Assembly (NCBI RefSeq): GCF_009914755.1
Contig: NC_060936.1
DNA: 64,000 nt
Strand: one strand, 5' to 3'
DNA from: the human T2T-CHM13v2.0 reference genome, Homo sapiens
Below are positions 48,937 to 64,000 of the stretch, in pieces; positions within the stretch are counted from its first letter, which is position 1; every line of letters begins with the position of its first letter. Below the pieces are notes generated by a model that ran no database searches, was not told the origin of the DNA, and saw nothing but the letters and a program-made list of their open reading frames with translations. The position numbers were made by a program, and so were the translations under genes.

Positions 48937-49627
48937 TTAAAACGAACTTAAGTTCTGAGTAATGTCTGTTTGAATCTACAAGTAATAAATGCATTCTTTT
49001 AACTTCTGGATTAAATCATACATCTTAAATAGCCTTTTTGTTTAGTTCACTCAAAAGAATGCTTTTTGCTTTTGCTGTGTGGTACTTGCAAAATCGGGAG
49101 GGGTTTACTCTAAAATAGTTTTCCCTGCAGCATTCTTTGGGGCTATGGGAATGCTCAAATCAGTGGCCAGCCTTTGCTTCTCATTGCCTCCCTCTCCCCA
49201 GGCAGTTCTCCCTGCTCTGATTGTGTCTCTACTAAATGGGCCTCCTAGGAAATGGATGTTCATTCCCTGGCTTCGATTAAGTTAGCTCCAGATTGTGGCC
49301 ATCTTTCAAGTAGAGGACAGCTGAGCTTAGAATACTAACATTTCTCCCTAGATGAGGAAGGATAGATGTCAAAGGAATTCTTTTCTGACACTTCTCATAT
49401 GACCTTTATGTGTCTTTTCTCAGAAGCAATATTTTGTTCAAGCCAGATGTGTTCTTGGTGTGTCAGTATGTGTAAAAACATGGCCTTCGAATATTGACAT
49501 TTAGGATTTGGACAAGGTGAACCTATTTGTCAATTGAGTTAGGAAACATACTTTGTTAATAGCTCTTTCCACAATTATCTGAAATTGTTATCAGTTTGAA
49601 CATGATGAAATCTGATGACTCACTCTA

Positions 49628-50265
<638 letters not shown>

Positions 50266-50650
50266 TCCTCCCCAGGGCTGCTTAAAAATCCATTCACTGG
50301 CTTGGAAGTTCTACCTAAAAATAGCAAGTCAGCTGGCATTTTTAATGAACATATTGAAATACCAGAGAATGAAATTCCTGTCTCTGCTGACCATTTTAAT
50401 ACACGTGTTCAGTCGTGTGGTTTAACACATTCAGGTAGATTGGGAGTGAGACTTGTGATTGAATTCGGGCTCTTTCGCTGATCAGCTGTTTGACCTTTAG
50501 AATATGAACTATAGTTGTAAGTTTAAAATTGCTTTCCTGTGATGTGTAGAAAATAAGGCTGTAACAAAGCAAGAAATATTTTTCAAATATGCTCCTGGAA
50601 AAATAAAATTATTGCTATTTAGCTTTTCAGGAAGAAACTTCAATAAATCT

Positions 50651-50793
50651 ACAAGGTAGGTGCTATAATCTCATTTTACAGAGAGATATGAAACTCATAT
50701 GAAAGGAGTTCACCTCCTTTCTCCCGAAATTCATTTAGAGCATCTATGAGTTTCATATCTGTCTGTAAAATGAGATTATAGTGCCTACTTTGT
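50651..50793. repeat. Inverted repeat with 49-bp arms (MIR-core-like) and a 45-nt spacer
   Basis: Arms 50651-50699 and 50745-50793: 45 Watson-Crick pairs, 3 G:T, 1 G:G. Confidence 0.9.
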
Positions 50794-51868
50794 CAAGGTT
50801 ATCGTGAAAATTATCACACATCATATGTGAAAAATAATATATATTTAATATAATTCCTGGCAGGCAGTATTAAATATTCACTAAGTAGAACTGTACTTAA
50901 GTGCAACTAGCAGAGTGACAACACATTTTAACAATGTTTCAATAACAATACAATTTTGGACTTTTAAATTTTTTTTTTGGAGCCTCGCTCTGTCGCCTAG
51001 GCTGGAGTGCAGTGGCAGGATCTCGGCTCATGGCAACCTCCACCTCCTGGGTTCAAGCAGTTCTCCCTGCCTCAGCCTCCTGAGTAGGTAGGATTACAGG
51101 TGCCTGCCACCACCCCTGGCTAATTTTTGTATTTTTAGTAGGGACAGGGTTTCACCATGTTGGCCAGGCTGGTCTCGAACTCCTTACCTCAGGTGATGCA
51201 CCTGCCTCGGCCTCCTAAAGTACTGGGATTACAGGCATGAGCCACTACGCCCAGCCTAAAGATTTTTTTAATACAGGGGAAATTATTAGAAATTTCTGGG
51301 TTTCCAACATTCGAAAGCTTTTGAAAGGTGATAAAGTATTATGATGAAATCATTAGTCTTCTCACTGAAGTGAAGATTAAGGTAACACATTCATTTGTAG
51401 TATTAAGAAGTATTGTAAAACAAAAATCTTCCCAGGCACAGTGGTTCAGGCCTATAATGCTAGCACTTAGGGAGGCTGAGGCAGGAGGAAGGAGATCACT
51501 TGAGGCCAGTAGCTCAAGACCAGCCTGGGCAACATAGTGAGACCCCCTGTCTGTCTGTTGGTCTGTCATGTTCGTTTGTTCTCTCTCTCAAGAGATAGGG
51601 TCTTGCTGTATTGCCCAGGCTAGTCTTGAACTCGGGCCTCAAGTGATTCTCCCACCTCGGCCTCCCAAAATGCTGGAAAGGCATGAGCCACTCTGCCTGG
51701 CCCGAGACCCTGTCTCTTAAAAAAAAAAAAAAAAAAAAAAAATTCTAGGCCCAGTGCGGTGGCTCATGCCTGTAATCCCAGCACTTTGGGAGGGCAAGGC
51801 AGGCAGATCACCTGAGGTTAGGAGTTAGAGACCAGCCTGGGCAGCATGGTGAAACCCTGTCTCTACTA

Positions 51869-52098
<230 letters not shown>

Positions 52099-52269
52099 TC
52101 ATTTAATCTTCACAATAACCTTCTGAGTTAAGTGTCATTGTCCTCACTTTGTAAATTAGGAAACTTGAGGCTTTACTAGGTTAAGTTGTACTGGGAACTG
52201 TGCTGTAACCACATAGCACACGTCTCTAAATGGGGACTTACAATTAGTTTGAACTAATATAGGCCAAGC

Positions 52270-53410
<1,141 letters not shown>

Positions 53411-53665
53411 TGCTAAATCATAAAAGTATTTTTTCCTGGAAGGTCATAGTTATTCATACTGTGAATATTATTTAAGAGAGCATTGAAGATTGTTTTTATA
53501 TTAAAATGGAACCCGTTACCTTATGGAATAAAACCCAGAATTTAATTTTCAAGATAAAACTTGGAGGCGGGGGCCGGGCGTGGTGGCTCACGCCTGTAAT
53601 CCCAGCACTTTGGGAGGCCAAGGTGGGCGGATCACGAGGTCAGAAGTTCGAGACCATCCTGGCTA

Positions 53666-54196
<531 letters not shown>

Positions 54197-55231
54197 CTAA
54201 AGATACGTTGTTCTGTAGATGGTCTCTGGACCGTACTTTCCTCCTTTCTCCTCAATTTCATTTAGAGCATAAAAGCACTTTCTTAGGCTGTTTGAAGCAC
54301 TTGGATTGGAAATGTTGCCTACAGTAACCTGTATAAACATCAATATATCAATAACAGATTATTAGTGCAAAATTTAAATGTCCAAAAACTGAAAGGGAAT
54401 AATGATCGGTGACTGGGTCTATGAAATTACAAAAGTAAGGCCTAAGGGAGATGGCAAGCTTTCCTATTCTGCTACCCTTGTCAGCTGATGTCTTGGTAGA
54501 ATTAATAAAGTACTCTTTTTAAACTCAAAAACATCTGTTTTGAATAATACTTTTTTTTTTTTAACACCCTACCTTTGAGGTAACTATTGTTAATAGTTTG
54601 TGTATATCCTTCTGGAATTCTTCTATTCCTGTAGACCTTGCAGATACTTTTTTTTTTCTACTTGCAGTTATTTTTATTTTTTGTTTTTTGAGAGTGTCTT
54701 GCTCTCTCACCCTGGCTGGAGTGTGGCGGTGTGACGATAGCTCAACCTCCTGGGCTCAAGCAATCCTCCCACCTCAGCCTCCCAAGTAGCTGGAACTATA
54801 GGCATGCGCAACCAAGCCGAAATACTTTTTTTTTTTTTTTTGTAGAGACGGTTTCACCATGTTGCCCAGGCTGGTCTTGAGCTCCTGGGCTCACGCGATC
54901 CTCTTGCCTCTTAAAGTGCTGGGATTACAGGCGTGAGCTACTGTGCCTGGCCATGTTGTGGTTTCAGTACACACTTACCTAATGACTAACCATATTGGAT
55001 ATCTTTTCATGTGCTTATTACCCATTCGGAAAAGTTCTTTTGTGAATATTTTGGGCCCCCTCCCCCCACCTCTTTTTTTTGAGAAAGGGTCTCCGTTCCC
55101 CAGGCTGGAGTGCAGTGGCACAATCACGGCTTACTGCAGCCTTGACCTTCCTGACTCAGGCAATCCTCCTGCCTCATTCTCCTCAAGTAGCTGGGACCAC
55201 CGGAGCGCTCCACCACACCTGGCTAATTTGA

Positions 55232-55450
<219 letters not shown>

Positions 55451-56797
55451 TGAGTAGCCAGGAATACAGGCAAGCACAACCACACCTGGCTTATTTTTTG
55501 TATTTTTAGTAGAGATGGGATTTCACCATGTTGGCCAGGCTGGTCTCCAGCTCCTGGCCTCAAGTTATATGCCCGTCTCAGCCTCCCGAAGTGCTGGGAT
55601 TACAGGCGTGAGCTACCGTGCCTGGCTCCAATTTTTAGTTAGGTTGTTTGTCTTAATCTGTAAGAGTTCTTTAGATTCTAAATATTAATTTTTTGTTGGA
55701 TATATGTTTCACAAATATTTTCCCTAGTTTGTGGCTTGCCTTCTAATTTTCATAACAGTATCTTTGCAGAACAAAAATTTTTCATTTTGATGAAGTCCAA
55801 CTTGCTGATTTTTAAGTATGTGAATTTAAGTAAAAGTCATAATCATACCTACAGTTTTTCTTCTAAAGGATGTTAGTCAATCTTCAAATAAGCATGAATA
55901 ACTAGATTTAAGAATAAAAAATTGTTTTTTGTAGTTGTTTTCTTGAGGTAAACCTTTTATTTCCTTTATCTTTCCTGTGTAATATCTTTGCAGTAATTCC
56001 TTGTCTCACACATACTATGTTTATTTCTGATAGGTTGAGTTGAACCAAATTTTTGTAAATTATATTTATTTTAGCTTCATGCAGCAGCTGATTACTAAAT
56101 ATTTACAATTATGAATTTCTCTAAATTGCCAAGTTGTCCTCTTTATCACTGCACACTGGCACTTGTTGCATTAATGAGAGAAGATAACTATATCTAATTT
56201 CTAAGTCTAAAAAACATCAATTTGTGATGTTCTGAAGCAATACTGTAGTCAGTAAAGGAAGCCTTCACTCAAGTTACTATCAGGAAAAGCAACGGGCTGC
56301 TCACAGGCTTTATTTTTGCAAGTCTTATCCTGCTGCTTTCCTGGCAAGGATGGTGTTTACTCTCTCCAGTACCACAGAAGGAGCCTGTTTAGCCTCCTGC
56401 ATCAGTGGCCAAATTGCAGTTGAGTGCTGATTACAGCATCCTTATCTGGCATAGTGTAGGAAGCAGCAAGAAACACTCTTGATTGTTTAGTGGCAATAGA
56501 TTTTGTGTTACTGGCAGCTCGAAAAATTTACACTTAACAGGCTGAGAGAAGTTGACAGGAACATTGAGAGTCCCGAATAATCATAGATTCTTGAGGGTCA
56601 TTAGTAACATTATTCAGTGCTTCAAAGTACTTGGCAGTGTGGTCTGTTGGGTATAGCACTAGACTAGCAATGGAGAGTAACGTTTTAAAGTATGCTCAAA
56701 GTTTCTCTGTTACTTATCTTTAGCAAATTTCTTCATTGTTCATACCATCTTCATTCCCTAGAAATACTGTGTGAGCATAATTTAGGTGCTAGATTAA

Positions 56798-57106
<309 letters not shown>

Positions 57107-57158
57107 TAGCAGTGGGATTTTTAAAGGTAGCCAGTCCACAACAATGAAAAAAAAATTA

Positions 57159-57287
<129 letters not shown>

Positions 57288-57348
57288 TCACCTGAGGTCG
57301 GGAGTTCAAGTCCAACCAGACCAACAGGGAGAAACTCCGTCTCCACTA

Positions 57349-57507
<159 letters not shown>

Positions 57508-57749
57508 TCAAAAAAAAAAAAGAAAAAAGAAAAAAATGAAATTTGCTGAAAAGTTGCAAGAAAGCACAGTTGATAAACCTATGCCCTTCACCTAGATTCA
57601 TCACTAATATTTTTTATACCTGATTTTAAAAAATCTTTTTAGACTTACAGAAAATTTGCAAAAATATTAGAGAATCCCTCTATACCTTTCACCAAGTTTC
57701 CCCTAATGTTAACATCTTCTTTTTTGTTTGTTTGTTTTTTTTGAGATGA

Positions 57750-57947
<198 letters not shown>

Positions 57948-58830
57948 TGAACTCCTGACCTCGTGATCCGCCTGCCTTGGCCTCCCAAAGTGCTGGGATT
58001 ACAAGCGTGAGCCACCGTGCCTGGCCTAATGTTAACATCTTATATAACCATAGCCACATTATCAAAATCAGGAAATTAATATAGAATCAGTACTGTTAAC
58101 TGATTCACAGTCCTTATTTGAATTTTGTCAGTTTTCCCACTAATGTCTCTTTCCTAGTCTAGGTTTTTTTGGTGTCCGTAAATAAAGGTTCACCACATTG
58201 TCAGAAAATTCTCTTTCTGTACACTGTGCAGTGTTGTAAGGCCTTGTAGTTATCTTCAGTTAGTTTTTATTTTATCTGTCTGTCTCACCTATATCTATCT
58301 GAGATGGAATCTCGCTCTGTTGCTCAGGCTGCTGTGCAGGGTCACAGTCACAGCTCACTGCACCCTTGAACTCTTGGGCTCAAGCACTCCTCCTACCTCA
58401 GCCTCCTGAGTAGCTGGGACCACAGGCTCATGGCACCATGCCCAGCAGGTATCTTCAGTTTAGCCTTTACTGGTTGGTAAATGGAGAATAGTTCAAGAGA
58501 ATGGTGTTCTATGGGCATTCTCCTCTGCCACGCTTGAGTGTTTCTGTGTTTCTTCAAGATGTGTGTTTAGGGTTTCCCCTGTTTGTACCAAGAAAATAGG
58601 AAATTTTCTTTGAGAAAAATGAGAGGAAAAAGAATTACTCCACTTTTTTTTTTCCTGTAGAAATTCTTTCTGTTTTGTGTTGATTTATTAACCAGGCTTG
58701 GTTATGGTTAGGCTTACTATTCAATAACTAAGTTAAAATGAAGGAAAGAGAATATTAACACAGGCCGGGCATGGTGGCTCATGCCTGTATCCCAGCACTT
58801 TGGGAGGCCGAGGTGGTCAGATCATCTTTA

Positions 58831-59414
<584 letters not shown>

Positions 59415-60407
59415 TGAGCCACCGCACCCGGCCTTATAAAATGTCTTTATAGGTTATAATTTAACTAAAGGTATAACTTTTTAAATTATAATTTATTTAA
59501 ACTTAGAACTCGGAGAAAGTGTGACTTTTGATATATAGGAGACTTGTAAATGTTACAGTTACTTAACATGTATTTATTGTCTCTTCTGTTCAGGTCAAAA
59601 TGCTTTGATTATACCCTATTTATTCAGATTGTCTGTTCAGCTTGCCCAGGCTTGATGAAAGGAATCAAGTGGTGTCTAGATGTACTGTCAGAGACACACC
59701 TGTTTTTTTCACTATTTGAGGCCTTAAGAGAAACGTTTGAAAACTTTAGTCATATGCCAGAACTTAGCATTTTTGAGGAAGTTTTAGCATGGATGGGGAA
59801 TGATTTGTTTTCCCCCATGCCAGAAGTCATCACACCTTTGGTTTAGTGTTGAGAACAGAGTGCAGATTTGTAGCAGCAGCTGTTTGAAAATACTAGTTCA
59901 TGGTGGAGATTGCAGTGAGCCAAGATCATGCCACTGCACTCTAGCTCAGGCGACAGAGCCAGACCCTGTGTAAAAAAAAAAAAATTTTTTTTTTTTTTTT
60001 GAGAGAGAGTCTTGCACTGTCACCTGGGCTAGAGTGCAGTGACGCCATCTTGGGTCACTGCAACCTCCGCCTCTCAGGTTCACACGATTCTCCTGCCTCA
60101 GTCTCCTAAGTAGCTGGGATTACAGGTGCCCACCACCATACCCGGCTAATTTTTTGTATTTTTAGTAGAGATGGGGTTTCACCATGTTGGCCAGACTGCT
60201 CTTGAACTCCTGACCTCGTGATCCGCTGGCCTCGGCCTCCAAAAGTGCTGGGAATACAGGCGTGAGCCACTGGCCCTTTCTTTTTTCTTTTTTTTGAGAC
60301 GGAGTCCCGCTCTGTCATCCTGGCTAGAGTGGTGCAGTGGCGCAATCTTGGCTCACTGAATCCTCCGCCTCCTGGGTTCAAGTGATTCTCCTGCCTCAGC
60401 CTCCTGA

Positions 60408-60590
<183 letters not shown>

Positions 60591-60596
60591 TAATTA

Positions 60597-60911
<315 letters not shown>

Positions 60912-61161
60912 CTACTAGTCCATAACAGTGGACTTTTTTCTCCAAGTTTTCCTTTTGCTATATAATGTCATTTTATGCAGAACTTTAAAAAATTTATACT
61001 GATACACGGCCAGGTGCAGTGGCTCACGCCTGTAATCCCAGCACTTTGGGAAGCCGAGGTGGGCAGATCACTTGAGGTCAGGAGTTCAAGACCAGCCTGG
61101 CCAACATGGCAAAACCCCATCTCTACTAAAAATACAAAAATTGGCCGGGTACGATGCCTCA

Positions 61162-61491
<330 letters not shown>

Positions 61492-63497
61492 CTAGCTACT
61501 CAGGAGGCTGAGGCACGAGAATGGCTTGAACCCGGGAGGCGGAGGTTGCAGTGAGATGAGTTCAAGCCACTGCACTCCAGCTTGGGCAGGAGAGAGAGAC
61601 TCTGTCTCAAAAAAAAAAAATTTTTTTTTATTCTTATACACACTGAACACCTGTAATGTTCTAGCACTCTAGTTTTGTTTTTGTTTTATCTTTTTTTTGT
61701 CACACTATATTAATGAACGATTTTTAAATTTGGGATTTAAAAATACATGACTGCAGATAAAAAACATTAAAGAAACATAGGAACATATGTAGGTGAAACA
61801 TGGGGGGCACAAAGTCAAGGCCAGAGGCTGTTGTATCTGACATTTTTGTTTATTTGTTCCTCTTTGGAGCTGGGAGAAAAGAGATTTATTGAGCACCCAG
61901 TGTTTTTTTATTTGTTTTTTAAACATGAAGGTCATGAGTGAATTAATAGAGAGGCATGTCAGAAAATCACAAAGCACCTGCACGTCTGTGTGAGGGTTGT
62001 TAAACGTGCCTCCCAGGTGATGAAGAGGAAGAATCTTTGAGACAGCATGCAAATTGAAGTTGCTATGCATTAGTAAGATGCATAGAACCTTCTAAAATGT
62101 AGGAATATAGTGGCACACCATTAAGCCATACATAAATGCTTTGGTATATTTGCCCCAAATGTAGCAAAAACCATGTTTCTCTTTGTGGTAATGGAATTTG
62201 TCTTCTTAAATAGCACCTTGTAGTTCCAGTTTTTCTGGCGCTAAGTTCCCAGTAAACATTTATCATCCAAATAATTGAGAACCATTTATGCCTTATTTCA
62301 TACTTCACACTTTCCAAGAATGCCGAGTCACAAAATAAAAGTCTTAAATTAGGAAATTGTCAAAAATAGAAAAGGCTTCAGAGAGAGGTTTTTTGTTTTT
62401 TTCTGTTTGTTTGTTTTGAGCCATAGTCTCACCCTGTCGCCCAGGCTGGAGTGCAATGGTGTGATCTCGCTCTTCTCCACCTCCCCGGTTCAAGCGATTC
62501 TCCTGCCTCAGTTCCTGAATAGCTGGAATTACAGGTGTGGCCACCACACCTGGCTAATTTTTTGTATCTTAGTAGAGACAGGGTTTCACTATGTTGGACA
62601 GGCTGGTCTCGAACTCCTGACCTTGTGATCCACCTGCCTTGACCTCCCAAAGTGCTGGGATTACAGGTGTGAGCCACCGTGTGCCTGGCCCAAAAAGTTT
62701 TTAAATGTTCAGAAGGGCTTGGTTTATCAGCTGAAGACTGGTTTTATTCCATTTTTATTGTTTTTTTCCTTCTTCAAGCAAATCTGTCTCTCAGTGGCAA
62801 TAAATGTCATCTGTTCATCCATACTTAACAGTCCTCCTCTCCTTTGATGACTGGCATAGTAAGTGTTATTAATGACAGACTTGAGTAAGTTTAGTGAAAT
62901 GCCCAGATCTTCAGGAATTCAGTAGGCTCTAGTAAGATGCTATACACAGTGAAATTTTTCCCGTCTTAGAACTAACTCCAAAAAATAAATAAATATATTT
63001 GATTTTTCAGATGTAATTTAGATGCCAGAAGGAGACCAGAATTGGGGTCTGTTTCTGCTGTTTAGCCTTACACATGACTCTTCAAGTCTGTTTCTTCATC
63101 TTCAAAGTGTAAAAAATAATGGTACCTAGTTCCTAGGGCTGTTTGAAAGAATAAACAGAATAATACCATGTAAAATGCCTACCACTGTGTTCAGAGCATA
63201 ATGCGTACCTAAGACATTGTTTAAAACAAAAGGAAATCCCTGCATGCATGGGGTCTGTGTTTTCATCTTTTTCTTGTCCTTGGAGTATTTCAGTCTCCTC
63301 AGGTCCTCTGGAATAAGTGTGGTGTTAAGGGTGGGAAGTCCTCCTGTAGCCAGTGTGGGTAGCCTCTAGAAGCTGATGCCTTCTATGAGGCAGAATCGAT
63401 TGGTTCCAAATAGCCCAAAAGAGTACATACATAAAAAGATGAAATTGACAAGGCGTTTTCTTTTTATATACTTGCTTTATTTTTTTTTTTTTAACAG

Positions 63498-63549
63498 TGT
63501 CTTCCATGAAGAAATGATGAAGATGCGACAGGCTAAGCTGGATTATCAG
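63498..63549 (+). CDS. TULP3: TULP3 coding exon 2 (S-VFHEEMMKMRQAKLDYQ); the gene continues beyond the window
   Basis: Poly-T tract plus AACAG| acceptor; CAG|GTGAGC donor; 52 nt restores frame; start of the tubby-family N-terminal IFT-A-binding helix. Confidence 0.92.
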
Positions 63550-64000
63550 GTGAGCAGAGTCTCCTCTTTTGAAATAGGTGGCCAACTATACTGACCGTGA
63601 TGCTGATGGTCTTGGCTCTGAAGCCTTTGGCAGGGCTATGGAAAGAAGACTGGAAAGGAGAAGGCTCGGGTGGTTACCTGTGAAGCAGTGTCTGGAGTTA
63701 GTGGTTGCTGAACCAAGGCTCTGGCTATGGCAAGACCAAAGTGCTTTGAGGATGTCAGCAACAAGACTGGCCTTGGATTTACAATCACCAAAAATTCCTT
63801 GGCGCCTTTCTTTCTGAGGAATTAGAAGAGTGTTAACATTGTATTTCTGTGTAGTAATTTGGTTCTGCTACCTTAAGTACCTCTCTACGATGTCATTTCA
63901 CTTAACTGCAAGATGGTGTTCTTAGGCGAAAATGCATATCCGAGCTTGCTGCCATGCTGCTTTCAAATCTCCATCGCAGGGCCGGGCGCAGTGGCTCACG

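Overview
Human genomic DNA, very Alu-dense, recognisable from the encoded proteins as the 12p13.33 TEX52-FOXM1-RHNO1-TULP3 cluster. On the minus strand: TEX52 (3 coding exons, 305 aa) and FOXM1 (non-coding exon 1 plus 9 coding exons, including the alternative exons A1/Va and A2/VIIa; exon sums give 748/763/801 aa). On the plus strand: RHNO1 (head-to-head with FOXM1 on a shared CpG-island promoter, 238 aa) and the first two coding exons of TULP3. I placed splice junctions by hand from GT/AG dinucleotides, and the reading frames close correctly. Most of the short ORFs in the supplied track are Alu artefacts. I see no wholly new gene system. The most interesting unexplained structures are: (i) paired upstream-ORF controls on both divergent transcripts (a FOXM1 uORF with a TAATG stop/start overlap; a strong-Kozak 75-codon overlapping uORF ahead of a weak RHNO1 start); (ii) FOXM1 exon A2 appears to be an exonised antisense L1 3' end; (iii) a 49-bp-arm hairpin in TULP3 intron 1 whose loop copies sequence 3.5 kb away; (iv) candidate antisense terminal exons over the FOXM1 3' end; (v) a stop-free FOXM1 exon 4-5 circle that would encode the forkhead domain. 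Repeat family names and boundaries are by eye and approximate.
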